Shown here in pieces: positions 28,901 to 41,527 of a stretch of 64,000 nt of DNA. Positions within the stretch are counted from its first letter, which is position 1. Every line of letters begins with the position of its first letter. The stretch spans positions 16,678,001-16,742,000 of the forward strand of contig CM106585.1 in assembly GCA_048013815.1 (NCBI GenBank), in the 5' to 3' direction. Source of the DNA: Setoptus koraiensis (lineage: Eukaryota > Animalia > Arthropoda). The position numbers were made by a program, and so were the translations under genes. Below the pieces are notes generated by a model, which searched no databases, was not told where the DNA came from, and worked only from the letters and a program-made list of their open reading frames with translations.

Positions 28901-31900
28901 CATTAAATTTAGTGGGAAGTTACATTACTATGGCAGCCCCTGTTAACCAAAATAATAATGATAAGCTGGTAGCCGGTACAATAAGATGCCTCGCTTCTTT
29001 ATCAAGTTCAAACTATTTCGCTCTAGTTTTTCGAAATGCGTCTCTCACAGGTATGATATTATACATATACGACAAATTTTCTTTCTTGAGGCTGGGTGAC
29101 GAACACAGATGGGGGTGTTTGTCAACCAACAATATTGCTGTTAATATTGATCGAATTTACACTGATAACAAATAGCGAATTGTCGCGCCCTTCCGAGCTA
29201 AGTTGCTTCATTTTAATATAAAACCCCAAATAGGGAGCACTGTATACATAATACAAATTATATAAGACAACTCGCCGTCGATGTCACAGTCTCAGACAGT
29301 ATTTATCACACGTAGTGGTTGACGCAAATTCAAATTCGAACAGTTTTATCATCTGTTGGTTAAAAGTGATCTACTTTTGTTAGCAAACATCATCAAAATT
29401 AATACAAGATGCTGGAATATATGACGTGCAACAAAAAAATGACCTTTAGCTTCATAATGTTGTCGCTATTGTGTCTTGCGTGTGCCAACTTAAATAGCGT
29501 TGAGGCGGCGCGCGGTGAAGACGATGGTGATAGCAACGATTTCGATGATTCTGGTTTCGACGACTCAGGCTACAATCAACCGCAAAATCACGACGCCGAA
29601 AGTAGTCACCATAGTCCACAATCATCAGCAGAAGACGACATAGATGATGATGACGAAGTCGACGAAACTCAACCAAAGCCAGTTAGATCCTCAACAGAAC
29701 AGATGGGTGCCTACAATAACCCCAACAGTAAACGCATCTATAACAAAAATGAATGGCCAAGCACAATGGCCCATTATCAAGGCCGACAAGACAATCAGTA
29801 TGCCGGAGAACAACCCGATGCTTATGATGCAACAAATGAACCAACGCAGAGATACAGGTGAGTCAAGTTGATCAGCGGCAACCACACTGCGGCAGATCTC
29901 ACTTGTTAATGGATTGATCCATTGTATTTTAATTTTCCTAAATTTCAATATTTGCTGACCCGCTGAGAATAATTGAATCCATTATTATTATTACTATTAC
30001 TATCACTACTGCTACTACTACTCTATGCAACAACATCCATTCTATCAATTCTAATGAAAACAACGAAAAACAAAAAATAACAACAAAAACAAAAAACAAT
30101 GTAGACGCTCATTGTCTGCCAGCGCCATTTACGACTACCTAACTTCGGCATCTAACTCGGCCACTAAGACCAAGCTATCCGCCAATAATCAAGATCTGAG
30201 ACCGCTCCTTCGTGTACGTCGCTCCAAACATATTGGACCTGTTTATACATATGTCAAAACTGATAAGAGTGCCCACTTTAAGTGGGGAGTCAAACACAAA
30301 GTAGGCAAGAGCAAGCATCATGGTTGATCGGAGTGATCTAATAATAAAATAAAGCAGAGCACCTCTATTTGGTAGTGTGTCGTCGTCGTTCAGCAGCACA
30401 GCTATATCAACGAGATTGAACGAAAATTGTTTATGTTTAAAAACTGTGAGGTCAATTCAGCAACTTTCAGACAAACCTTTCGAAATCATTCCACTATAAA
30501 CATTATTTGACTCATGAATGAACGTTGGCTGGAAACGAAGAAGAAGAGCAAGTTAAAAAAAACAGTAAGCTTGGCATTATGATGTGTGTATGTGTTTGTG
30601 TTAACTTATTAAAAAGAAGAGATGCTTTTTCTCTGTACAAATACAATACGCCATTATTGCCGTCAGCACAAATTTCAATTTGACATACAAAAGGGCATAC
30701 ATCAGTATAGTACCTCTGGCATGAATACTTTCATTCCGTATGCATATAAATTCTCGTATTTTGAATTTTTTACACTCAACAACTGTGCTACTGTTGCGCC
30801 GATTGCCTGTTGGCTGTCGGCCTGGCTGCAACGCGCCTCAGAATGGTACTAGTTAATGTCATTGTTGTTCACTGGTATGTTTTTGAGATCACGGCTAATG
30901 GAAAATTAATGAGAGCACCCTATATCAACAAACTATTATAACTACCATGAGCAGACTGTATACTGTATATTCTCGCTCGAGCTTATCAACCTGAGATATA
31001 CTGCTTGTGAAGCATGTACGCGGGAGATTGCATCTAGTGGAACAAAGTTTCTACATTGAACTAACAACTGTAACTGTTGTGAGAACGTTAGGTCTACGTT
31101 AAATTTAATGGTGTAACAGCTCACGCGTCATACTCGCTGCCTGTCGCTCATTAGATTAATGTTGCGGCTCGAGCTGTAATAGTTATGTCATATTCCGACG
31201 CTGCCTAATATGCCCGAGAGCGTTGCTGGCTAGACATTTATCGAGCGTCAAATAAAAATATAAATCTTACATCTATCAAATCGAAGAATTGTGAGTCATC
31301 ACGTCGTTCGGTATTATCGCTAAATTATCACGTCTCTCACTAGATTGTCGCAACAATGTGCGCGGTATGTATAACAAATATGTATCGGTATGTGTGTCAC
31401 TTACCCTGAACGTAAAATCTGACTATGCCGCCCTCTTGATTGTTGTCTGGTTGCTTGGTCAGTATACAGTGATATTCGCCGGAATCTTCGTTTGTGACAC
31501 CGCGAAACAATAATGCACCGGTTTCGGGTAAGTAGGCTATAGTATTTTTGGTATTCCACACATTGATGTGCTTTGACTCGGCCTGAGTGTGTGTGTGCGT
31601 TGGCGTATAGATATAGATTTCAGCGTGAGATAATTGTTGTTGCAGACGACAACAAACGGACAATTTGTTTTGTTTGCAGATTAGGAGGAAAAAAGATTGA
31701 ATTTTGCGATAAGTTTTTGTTTTGGCTCTCTTAGTTTTTCCGGTATATTTCGCTAATTTCCAAAATTTCCCATAATTTTGCCATATTTTTCACAATATTT
31801 TTGTATAACATAGAGAAATATATAAATACCCACCTCGACTAGTTTCTTGTCCTCTTTGTACCACTCGATTTTGTGGCTGCTGGCCTGGTTGTCGGCGGGC

Positions 31901-32626
31901 AGACAGGGCAGCGTTCCATTGGAGCCCTTCCTGATGTAGAAGGTCTCCACGTCTGCAATTGGGATGACGATTAAGTTGAGTATTTTGTTAGTGACATATG
32001 AGTATTTGTTCTGTTTGTTTGCACGGCCGGCAACGGGCACCGGACTGGTATCAATTTGTACACGGATGGCAATGCCAATTTGTGTACGAATGATAGTGCC
32101 AATTTGTATTGGATGAGAGTGTGGTCAGTTTGTGCTTACCCGACGACTGGGCCCCGTCCGAGGAGCTCACGAGCTGGTAGGCCGACGATTCTGGTGACGC
32201 TTGATTTTGGAGGAGCGCGCTGGAGGAGCTTGGCGTGAGCGCAACAACAACACTGCACAGGAGGACTAGAAATTGAATTGACACTTTTGTTTGGAGGCGG
32301 CTGACATTGAATTCGTGATTGAAATTGAAATTAAAATTATTCACAATTTTATTTTTATCCGATATTCTCGATGGCTTGATTCGATTCGATTGACCGTGCA
32401 ACGCGGCTTGGCGCGCACACATGACGGCGGCCGGGGGTTTTCTTCGCGCCGACTTGATGTCGTCGAACAATCTTCTTCTATGGTGGACACATGGGGCGAC
32501 ACATTCGTTTGTGGTCGCTGTTCGATGGCTGCTTGTCTTCTTATTATTATAATTACTATTAATATTATTATTATTATTATTATCACCGTCTTGAGTGTTT
32601 GGATCATTCATTTTTCGTCTCTTCAT
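11417..32626 (-). CDS. Ptp99A: Receptor-type protein tyrosine phosphatase, Ptp99A/PTPRG-like (signal peptide, 1 Ig, 4 FN3, TM, active D1, degenerate D2), about 1522 aa, 14 exons
   Basis: Hand-built exons (minus strand): 32626-32140, 31952-31834, 31582-31405, 22210-22087, 21856-21675, 21537-21203, 21063-20949, 19312-18834, 18735-18594, 14794-14322, 14215-14081, 13429-13295, 13186-13013, 12907-11417. All introns are GT-AG and phase-compatible, totalling 4569 nt. Motifs: Ig (LPC...IEWYK...DSGEYHC), FN3 (DVPDPP..SWAP; IRLEWLPP; VKLRWLEP; FLQWERP), TM ([22 protein letters not shown]), D1 ([52 protein letters not shown]) and D2 with Cys replaced by Asp (VVDRFGG), typical of Ptp99A/PTPRG/PTPRZ. The start ATG is uncertain: the first ATG is at 32626 and the hydrophobic signal-like stretch lies about 115 aa later. 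Confidence 0.93.
16934..18280 (+). CDS. PRKCSH: Glucosidase II beta subunit (PRKCSH/80K-H), about 410 aa, nested antisense in a Ptp99A intron; exons 16934-17099 and 17214-18280
   Basis: Signal peptide, then splice A|GTAAGT...CCAG|AG giving [39 protein letters not shown] (G2B domain), an MRH domain (DFGPDG...EYTYTFCPF...CWNGPARS...EPARCEY...TPAAC) and C-terminal HDEL. The alternative acceptor at 17160 is excluded because the MRH-coding frame has a TGA at 17165-17167 and other frames also hit stops. Confidence 0.93.
29409..30327 (+). CDS. Uncharacterised secreted prepro-protein, about 223 aa, nested antisense in the 9.2-kb Ptp99A intron; exons 29409-29857 and 30105-30327
   Basis: Hydrophobic signal peptide ([23 protein letters not shown]) followed by an Asp/Glu-rich pro-region. 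Donor AG|GTGAGT at 29857/29858 (phase 2) joins TGTAG|A at 30104/30105 in frame with ORF 30112-30327. The product has two RxRR sites and a basic C-terminal peptide ending in Gly-stop. Confidence 0.75.
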
Positions 32627-32635
32627 TTTGGGCCG

Positions 32636-32695
32636 ACGGTCGAACTGTTTCACTCGACGGTCGAACTGTTCACTCGACTATCGAACTGTTTCGCT
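32636..32695. repeat. About 20-21-bp tandem repeat, 3 copies (CGACGGTCGAACTGTTTCACT)
   Basis: Seen directly, immediately 5' of the first Ptp99A ATG. Confidence 0.75.
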
Positions 32696-32832
32696 GGTCG
32701 TTCGATGCTTTCACTGGATGCTGCAACCAACTGGCTGCTTGCGCCCGCGACAATGGCTGCTGTCGACTAACGCTGCTGCTATTGTGTCACTGGCGTCTTC
32801 GGACGGCCAGCCATTGCTCTGCTGTTTGGGTT

Positions 32833-32877
32833 AACGTCGCTGGTGTAAACGTCGCTGGTGTAAACGTCGCTGGTGTA
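32833..32877. repeat. 15-bp tandem repeat, 3 copies (AACGTCGCTGGTGTA)
   Basis: Seen directly. Confidence 0.8.
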
Positions 32878-35618
32878 GGTGGTGACTCATCGTCAACATG
32901 TGAGCCTGCTCACTGGGGCTACCTCTCGGCGGCGAATTGTTGGCCGCGACGATGATTATTTGAACTTGGTGTCGCTGCTACGGCCACTGCTGCTAACTAG
33001 CGCTCATCATTCGCTCATCATACACTACCACTGTAAAGTGCCAGTGGGGCTAGCAAAACACGCACTCGGAAAACCATTAATGACCGACACAGGCGGATAC
33101 TATGTGTGTGCGCTACACAATTGTGTGTGTGTGTGTGTGTCAGTGAAAATGTCCGACCGTGTGTGGCTCGTACGATACTGGTTGTTGTGCTGCTAGTGCA
33201 GATTATATAGAACTATTACACTGAAAGTTCTATCCTTGTTCGTTCGTTCGCTCGCTCAGTCGCTCGTTGGCCCGTCCGTCCGCTCGCTCGTTCTATCGCT
33301 GCTGCTGCGTACCACTTCCCAACTTTAATAAATGTATGAGTGTATGACTGTGAGGCTGCATGCGCTGCCGCTGCAAACTCGCTCCATGCGTACCATTGAA
33401 TAATAGGACATGTGAATTTGTGCGTTATGTGAGCGAGTGTGTGTGTGTGTGTGTGCGCGCGCTTGTGTGACTGCACAACTCGCCAACGTTCGCTATTTTG
33501 CTCTGCAGAGTCTGCAGGCTGCAGCGACCGGCGGCACGACGAACTGCTGCAGTCGACTAGAACCAGTGCAGCTGGCGCTTTAGCCAACAGTGTCGCCCAA
33601 TGGGGATCCTCAATAGGCACTTGCAGCGCATCACTGCCCTCCCCCAGCGCGCAAACACACGCACACAGTCGCAGAACAGGAACGAACTTGAGCGGGCACA
33701 AATTTGTGCTCGAACGAGTAGGGCAAAGAGATGGCAGTAACAGCATAGTCAATAGTGGAGGAGCATGCCAAAAGAATACGCTGCACTGGACTTTGCTCGG
33801 CTCGATATGTTCGACGAGTTTCAGCGACACGCACACTCCGCAGCGAAGAGGGGAGGGCAACAACATCGCACACAGCCTTCGTGGCTCCTCCTGTTCGACC
33901 CCCGCGACACACAACTCTGACGACGAGGGGAATGAACTAACGCGCTAATCCTTCGCTCAAAACGAACTTGTGCACTAGTGATCATCACCGACGTTTACGT
34001 ATACTCGCTATACCCGGTATAGCGTATACCGTATATATACGCTCAATATATATTATATTATGTTATATCTGTGTATATCTATATAAATATATATAGTCGT
34101 CGTCATCATCGACACAATCATCACCATTGCTGTCGTAATAATCGGCCAGGGGATCGGCACTGGCACACTGGTGCATAGTTCGATCAGCTTGTAGTATATA
34201 GTTGCAGTCTCATAACAGTCGCGTCATATCTGAATACCCCCAACTGCCCCCTGCCAGAGGATTAAATCACGCCACGACAGGCGGCGCATCGGTCGCCAGT
34301 GATGCAACGGCTAAAGTTGCGTAACGCACTCACAATGTCTTGTTACTTGTTAGTAGCAACAACGCAAACTATATACGTAATACGCCATTGTGATGTTTAT
34401 CGAACAACAAAAAGATAACAACTGACAAGTTGTGGGTTGCCAGTTGTGCATGCATGGCGTACTTATGATGAACTGGCTCATTTTTAAGTGGACACTTGTG
34501 ATATGGATAGTATGTGTATTATGCAATATGCAAATGGGATGACGAGTAGATGCAGAATGCATGCACTAGCCCGTGAGCGCTTCCTAGAATTCGGCACAGG
34601 ACAGGCAGAGAGCCCTCGCGTCCGATAAACCAACTACTGCCGTGGTTCGAATTTCGAACGCGGCGTAGAAGCCGCTTCGAACTTGCAACGGTGAGGCTGA
34701 TGTCAGGCGATAGATAACGAACGCGAGAGTTTTGTGTGTGTGTTTGTGTGTGTGTGTGTGAATATCAAGGCAAACAGCGAGTCACGTTTTGTCTTTGGGG
34801 CATCGTAAGAGTGATCCCTATTGGTACCTGAGCCTGTTGTATATCTGTTATATATCTGTTATATATAAAGCTGTTTGCGCGAACGTGTCATACAGGAAGT
34901 TGGTGATTTATGTTGAGTTATAGTGTGCTTTTAGGATCAGGTAAGGGGTGTGTCGCTGTGTATGCATGCACGGATAGTGGCGGCACGGAGTGGGTCGCTA
35001 CAAACTCATCGACTGGGGCCCCATCTAGATTGCATTCGCACCATAGAGAAGAGAGAGGCCTTCAACTGGGCCAAACTTGTGTGTCGTCGAACTCTAGCTT
35101 CGACTTGACTCGATTCTTAGCTTGCGTTATAACAGCGATAGAGTCGATACGTCATGCGGTGAGGAAATAGAAAGCTTATAAACGATAACTGAGTTTTTCC
35201 GAGCCCAAGTGTGAACTGAGACGAGCAGATGAGAGATTCGCCTCTTTTTGTTACTTCCTGACAAATTTCAAAATGAATGAGCATGTGTGCGGGCAAACAA
35301 AAGTCTAACACACTACTACAGGATGATACTGGAAATTCAGCCAGAATCTTATTCAAAAAGCGCGCCTACAATCGCCCGCATATTTGTCACGTGCCCTTAT
35401 TTACATCGAAAAATCAACTCTCATTTGTGGTGGTAATTTTATATCGTCATGTCTGTTACATCGATTTATACTCGGAAAAAGTATCATTTCACAGTTGAAC
35501 TTTAGGAAGCCTCCGGAATTCGCAAACACAAAAACACCGAGCGAGTCCACTTACCCCATAGGACACATTGGTCGTAGACATATAATTTAGCAAATAGCAA
35601 ATATTAGCAAATCTAGCG

Positions 35619-35861
35619 ATGGGAAAGATCAGACCGGCCAACTCGAGGGCAACACGCGGACAGGCCAAAGCGAAAAAATGGGCATGCTCTAGCACTTCGA
35701 ACCCGGAAACTATGAAATTCAGGTCAAAATGCAATCTTGTTACAGGAGCTATGAAGCCGCTGCAAAAAGAACCAAACAAGAAGGAGAAAAAGCACAAAAA
35801 GAAGCCTAAGGTGAAGAAGACGAAACCCCCTCAGTCAGAGAAAAAGAGTAAACCAGAGTAA
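35619..35861 (+). CDS. Short Lys/Arg-rich ORF, a probable alternative first coding exon of Doa/CLK copy 1
   Basis: 80 codons colinear with no indels to residues 1-80 of the 42127 kinase ORF (59/80 aa identical, many K/R swaps). It contains candidate donors GTAAAC at 35848 (phase 1) and 35858. Read unspliced, it stops at TAA 35859-35861. Confidence 0.6.
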   Translation: MGKIRPANSRATRGQAKAKKWACSSTSNPETMKFRSKCNLVTGAMKPLQKEPNKKEKKHKKKPKVKKTKPPQSEKKSKPE

Positions 35862-37245
35862 ACATCTGTTTTAGTTGGAGATTGGAAGATTTGATAATGT
35901 AATGTTTAACTAACTTGTGGCTCGCAATATTGTTGCTATGCGTTTGTATACTTTACACAATTTATCTACTATGCGCACTGTAGCAACTGCCATTAAAACT
36001 AATGCTCAATCCGCAGCATCACAAGCTTGGCTTGGGATGGTATTTAAATGATCCTCTCCACTCGAGTTTAACTTTGTGTACTTAATGCATCGCTAGGCGA
36101 GGGTCCATTGACGCCATGCATATTATCACTATTATTATTATATTTTGAGTTGAGCATCTTTTTCTCCTAACAGCATATATGATGTATGAACTATAACGTC
36201 GTCGCTATGGCATTATATAACCGTTTAAATGATGGAGAGACTAAGTCCCATAGCGAAAAATCAAGTCAGTACTTAAGCTGGCTGGCTGGCTGGCCTAATT
36301 GGAATTGTGACTTACGCATCCATCCAATGTGTGACTCTCTTGATATATCTGTAGCATCACTCTGTATCTGTCTCTTTTAGTCTGTCTCATTCTCGCCATT
36401 TCTAACTCTCCACATGGATATATACACACAGCTATGTAATTTTGTGAGTATGGGAAACAATAGACTCCGTATGCCGCGTCATTGACGTAGGCCCAACTTA
36501 CATAACAGAAATAAAATAATCAAGCTTGATGAGCTTTTGTTTATCTGCATACAAATGTGAGGATACATGCTTATGTGTCTATGTGTAACATAAGCTAAAA
36601 GAGTAATGTTTCAGCCGTTTAAGACATGATAATATAGTACTGAAGGTGAGAGTAAAGATCGACAATGATATGAAAATAACAAATGTGGAATTGTCATCTG
36701 AGATAAACAGTGATACTAATGCAGGAAAAACAACAACAACAACAACAAAAATATTCACATTCTCTTGATTGAAGGTGGCAAACTTTGTCATTGTTGCTAC
36801 TATATCTATTGTAGTCAAACTTTTCGCTCCAAGTACATTAATAGTGCTGAGAAGAAAAGTTATTAACGTCATTTATCTCTAATAGATAGATAATTGAAAT
36901 TATCATCAAACTGTTCAAACAGCTACATTATTAGTAACGTATTTTTGTGAGACTCAAAGGAAAGCCTTGCTATTGATTAATTGATAAGATTGTTGCAAAG
37001 ACGTCAATTGACTGATTGTCGGCGATCAAACACATTGAACTCATTTCATTTCAGTAGTCAAGAAGTTTCGAAAGAACTGTTGCTCTCATAAATAGTTAAT
37101 AAGTATCATATTCCTTTATATAAAGTGTGTGATATCAAATTAGTTGATAGAGAACAAACTTCAGTAACCAGATCAGATGCAAAATAGAAAAAACTAGCCA
37201 TTTACCTGGTATAGCTGCCTTATTTGGATCGTGACAATACCAAAA

Positions 37246-40200
37246 ATGAATCGATACACCAATTATCAGTACTCGAATAGTAGTTATTTATATAATAGTC
37301 CATCAAGCTCAAGCGCAAACTCTTTAGCTGGGTCCTCAAGGAGATCTGACCACAACAACAGCAATCAATACAGTTACTCCAGCAATATTAGACCCTCATC
37401 GACTGTATCGTCCATTTATTATGGCGATGGCCACAGCTCTCATCAATATTCATCATCTCGAGATCGACCATTAGGTCGGCCCCAAACAAGTACTCCTGGA
37501 AATGATTTAGGAACTATACGAACGAGGGCAAGAGTAGACAACTATGACCCGACTAAAACAGCTACAAACTCTAGCTACTTGTATCCATCGCCAGCTAGTA
37601 GTAGTTCGAAATTGTTGACAGTGGATAGTGGCAACTATACAAAGAAATCGTCATCTTCGTCATCGTTAACTTCATTTTGGCCGACAGCTTTGAGGAATGC
37701 CTCCATTACAAATCACCTCTATCAACCCACTTATGATGGAAAACCCAAGAGGACTTTTACTACCGGGAGATTAACAACATCGTTCAGATCGTCGTCCAAT
37801 AATAATCAACCCAGTCAAAAAATAATAGATCATCAGACGAACGCCATTAGCAAGACAAAATCAAGTGATATCGCCGAACAGCAACAACAGAAGCCCACCC
37901 GTTCAACATCGCTCAAATTGAAAAGTTCCTACACTAATTTGATAGATCATTTAGCGAGTCCATTATCGCGTTTCCGCTTAGGCAGTGCTCTGAATGAGCG
38001 GTCGCAAGATGGCAATCAGCAATTAAAGTATGCCAGCAACAACACTTCTCCTAACACTGCCACAGATAACAACAATAAACAAAAAGAGTTGAGACTGTCA
38101 TCTAGATTAGATATAGTCGTTGACGAGGTTGAACCCAATGATATTGATAATACATCATCAGTTGCTAGCAGCGCTAGTAAATCAAATTCATCGTCCAATG
38201 CATCGTCTTCCCTGTCTTTAGCGTCTCTCAATCCGACCAATAATCAAAAAAATTGTTACTACCGACTAGCTAGTTCGCCATCGTATAGTAATAATAATGA
38301 TAATTTAATGGTATCAACAAAACAGACAGAGGAAAGAACTAAAAATAGGACGCCTGCCTCATATCAGCATGATGATCAAACTGTTTGCTCAACTAAAGAA
38401 ACAATATCCACTAGTGGTGACATTGATCAACGACATATGGCGAATAGCTCGTCTACAAAAACAGTCACTAGATCGGTCATATCCAGTACTGATTCAGGTC
38501 AGGAACATGATGATAGCGACAGCCAGGATGCTAATGACAACGAGGATAACTCATACAAAAGTAAACAAACTGCCACCAACCACAATACTCCAGAGATAAT
38601 TGTTTCGGACAAACAAATTGCCAATCTAATTAAGGCGGGAGCCATTCTAGCGGAATTAGAAGAATTTGATGATGACCAAGACAATGTTGACAGTGAACAT
38701 AGTGAGACAGATGATGATGGCGGAGACGTAGAGGACAATAAAAACGATTTAGGCGATGATGAAGAGGATGATGATGATGGGAGAGAACCAGTCACTGAAA
38801 TTGACAATAGAAGAACTAATATCGTTAGCGCAAACAAACAATCATCACCATCAATGAACATTAGTAAAGAATGTAATAGTGAGAACACCAAGAATAACAG
38901 TGACGATGAAGCATCCACTTGTTCCGATTCGACACCGACTACATCATCGTCTTCATCATGTTGTTCGCTGTCGTCCTTCGACTCGATTTCATCTCAAGAC
39001 GATCAACATTTAAACAACACTGGAAATTTAGTAGAAGTGTCATCCAGTAATGCCAAAAATCATCTTCACGAAAGCAAACCACAGAGAATCTATAAACAAC
39101 ATGAAGAGAAAGAAAGAAGTGCTAATAATGATATGTTGCAGTCATGCTCAGTTGACACAGTTATCCAAGACGACGAGGAGGGTCATCTGATATTTGGCGA
39201 GGGAAGCATACTGTACAAAAGATTTCTTGTTGAACAGATCGTCGGACAAGGTACATTTGCTCGCGTGGCCGAAGTGACCGATCTGAAGCATCATCAAAAG
39301 CTGGCCACTCCAAACAAGGGTCCTAACCGCCAAACAGGTGGTGACTGCTGTCGTTTTGCACTAAAGGTAATTAAGAATATTGATAAATATCGTGAAGCAG
39401 CAAGATTCGAGATCAACGTGCTGCACAAATTACGTCTGAATAAATATGATCAGGACATCAATGATGACAAAAGCAGATTAGAGGAACAAATTGATGAGGA
39501 TCTAGCCTTGACCGAAGCAGGTAGACGACTATGTGTTCAAATGTTGGACTGGTTCGATTATCATGGACATATCCTGATACTATTCGAAATGCTAGGTCCA
39601 AGTGTATATGACTTCATGAAACTAAACGGCTACAAAGCCTACCCCTTCGAGCATGTTTGCGCTATCAGCTATCAGTTATGCCTAGCTGTAAATTTTCTCC
39701 ACAAGAATCGCCTCACTCACACCGACCTGAAACCTGAAAACATATTGTTTATCAACAATGATTATAAGATCGCATATTCTGTACCTAGCAAGACTGATAA
39801 GAACAAAATGAAACACTATCTAGTTATGAAAAACCCCACCATAAGATTAGTAGATTTCGGCTCGGCCACTTTTGACCACGAGCACCACTCAAGAATAGTT
39901 TCCACAAGACATTATAGAGCCATTGAGGTAATACTTGAGCTTGGGTGGTCACAACCGTGCGATGTTTGGAGCATTGGCTGCATATTATTCGAGTTGTATT
40001 CTGGTATCACAATGTTCCAGACCCACGATGATCGTGAACACCTAGCCATGATGGAACGCATGTTGGGCCCAATACCCTATAGGATGGCTAGTAGAACTAA
40101 AACGCGATACTTTAGACATTGCCAGTTGGATTGGAGCGAGCGATCGTCTGCTGGTGTGTATGTGAGACAAAATTGTAAACCTTTGCGACGATACATGTCA

Positions 40201-40512
40201 AATCAAACTCGTAGTCATATCAAGTTGTTCGATCTGATGGATATGATGTTGACTTATGAACCCGGACTCAGGATAACATGTGATCAAGCATTAAAGCACC
40301 CTTTTTTTGGTGAGATCCCAAACGAATGGAAGCCCAACTCCAAAACTCCATCTACATCAGATTCGTGCAAGCAAAACGGATCTGAACAAAGCTCCCAATC
40401 AGCCGATCAATCTCCCCACAATGAGGCCGAACTTGTGTTGTCCCAATCACAAGTTGAGAATCCACAGTATGGCAACTTGAAGAGAGTCAATGCTTCAAAC
40501 GATCACCGATAG
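37246..40512 (+). CDS. Doa: LAMMER dual-specificity kinase (Doa/CLK), copy 1, with a long Ser/Asn/Asp-rich N-terminus; intronless from the first ATG at 37246
   Basis: [78 protein letters not shown], and the family signature [14 protein letters not shown]. The ORF track start at 37231 is GTG. Confidence 0.93.
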   Translation: MNRYTNYQYSNSSYLYNSPSSSSANSLAGSSRRSDHNNSNQYSYSSNIRPSSTVSSIYYGDGHSSHQYSSSRDRPLGRPQTSTPGNDLGTIRTRARVDNYDPTKTATNSSYLYPSPASSSSKLLTVDSGNYTKKSSSSSSLTSFWPTALRNASITNHLYQPTYDGKPKRTFTTGRLTTSFRSSSNNNQPSQKIIDHQTNAISKTKSSDIAEQQQQKPTRSTSLKLKSSYTNLIDHLASPLSRFRLGSALNERSQDGNQQLKYASNNTSPNTATDNNNKQKELRLSSRLDIVVDEVEPNDIDNTSSVASSASKSNSSSNASSSLSLASLNPTNNQKNCYYRLASSPSYSNNNDNLMVSTKQTEERTKNRTPASYQHDDQTVCSTKETISTSGDIDQRHMANSSSTKTVTRSVISSTDSGQEHDDSDSQDANDNEDNSYKSKQTATNHNTPEIIVSDKQIANLIKAGAILAELEEFDDDQDNVDSEHSETDDDGGDVEDNKNDLGDDEEDDDDGREPVTEIDNRRTNIVSANKQSSPSMNISKECNSENTKNNSDDEASTCSDSTPTTSSSSSCCSLSSFDSISSQDDQHLNNTGNLVEVSSSNAKNHLHESKPQRIYKQHEEKERSANNDMLQSCSVDTVIQDDEEGHLIFGEGSILYKRFLVEQIVGQGTFARVAEVTDLKHHQKLATPNKGPNRQTGGDCCRFALKVIKNIDKYREAARFEINVLHKLRLNKYDQDINDDKSRLEEQIDEDLALTEAGRRLCVQMLDWFDYHGHILILFEMLGPSVYDFMKLNGYKAYPFEHVCAISYQLCLAVNFLHKNRLTHTDLKPENILFINNDYKIAYSVPSKTDKNKMKHYLVMKNPTIRLVDFGSATFDHEHHSRIVSTRHYRAIEVILELGWSQPCDVWSIGCILFELYSGITMFQTHDDREHLAMMERMLGPIPYRMASRTKTRYFRHCQLDWSERSSAGVYVRQNCKPLRRYMSNQTRSHIKLFDLMDMMLTYEPGLRITCDQALKHPFFGEIPNEWKPNSKTPSTSDSCKQNGSEQSSQSADQSPHNEAELVLSQSQVENPQYGNLKRVNASNDHR

Positions 40513-41527
40513 AACGTCGAACGATGCTAGGGAATTTTTATATAATATCAGTTATTGATTATTGTGAATATTGATAGAATGGTGATAAACAAAGAGATCT
40601 GTGAAACGCGCTACTGTAACTGTGAACCTGATGAATGTATATAATTACCTACCTAACATGTATTCTGCCTGTAAAGCTATTTAACAAACTCATTTTTAAA
40701 CTCATGATTATCGAATAAAATCTCTGGGCTGAACGGATTTAGCAGACTAACTTTGCTCTTGTAAAAGTCAATTGACCTAGACGTTATCTAGAATGTTACT
40801 AATCGATGACAGTGATAAGCCAGAGTATCACGAGAGTGACGTCCTAGCCTAGATCTCGATTGTACATGTAGATAACCACTGTAAGGGTGACGTCCAACAT
40901 GCGCCACTCATCTCTGACAACTTTCGTTCCTAGTACAACTTTCGTGCACAATATAATCAAACAATTGGACTAAGACGTCATCTTTCCAACAACTATCGCA
41001 GAAATTCGGATAAGATCGCCGAGATTGAAGTCACTTTTCATTGTTGAATATTGAGTGGATGTCGCCCAACAGAATTCCAATTCATTTAAATTTTATGGGC
41101 ACTCTGGCCATTTTGTTGGTCGCACACACATCGTGGGTTTTCTTCGGGCATGTGTATCGTTGAACTCAAGATATGACTCGGCTCGATTCTTAGCCGGCGT
41201 TGTGACAGGGATAAAGTCGATACGTCATAGGGTCGGCAAATAGAAAAGTCATAAAGGATGAGTGCGTTGTTCTTAGGCCAATTTTGAGCAGCAGACATCA
41301 CATAGGAGATCTGCCTCCTTTGCCTTTGCTGACAAATCTCGGAATTTTCACGCCAGTACACAGGTAAACCAGTGGAACTTCCGCTAATTCTCCCGTCAGG
41401 ATAATTCAGTCAGGAACATTCTACCTGAATCTCATTCGAATAGCGCGCCACACCCGCCTTCATATTTATCACGTGCGCTTATTTACATCGAGGCACTATC
41501 TATCAAGCTTTCATTTGCGGCGAAAAT

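Noticed and set aside
34645-34659. GTTCGAATTTCGAAC palindrome resembling a tRNA B-box or heat-shock element
   Set aside because: There is no cloverleaf or A-box, and the GAA/TTC spacing does not fit nGAAnnTTCn.
35080-35270. Duplicated upstream segment (paralogous to about 41150-41340) as a possible coding remnant
   Set aside because: All frames examined contain stops in one or both copies, and substitutions are not biased to third positions, so it is best read as duplicated non-coding flank.
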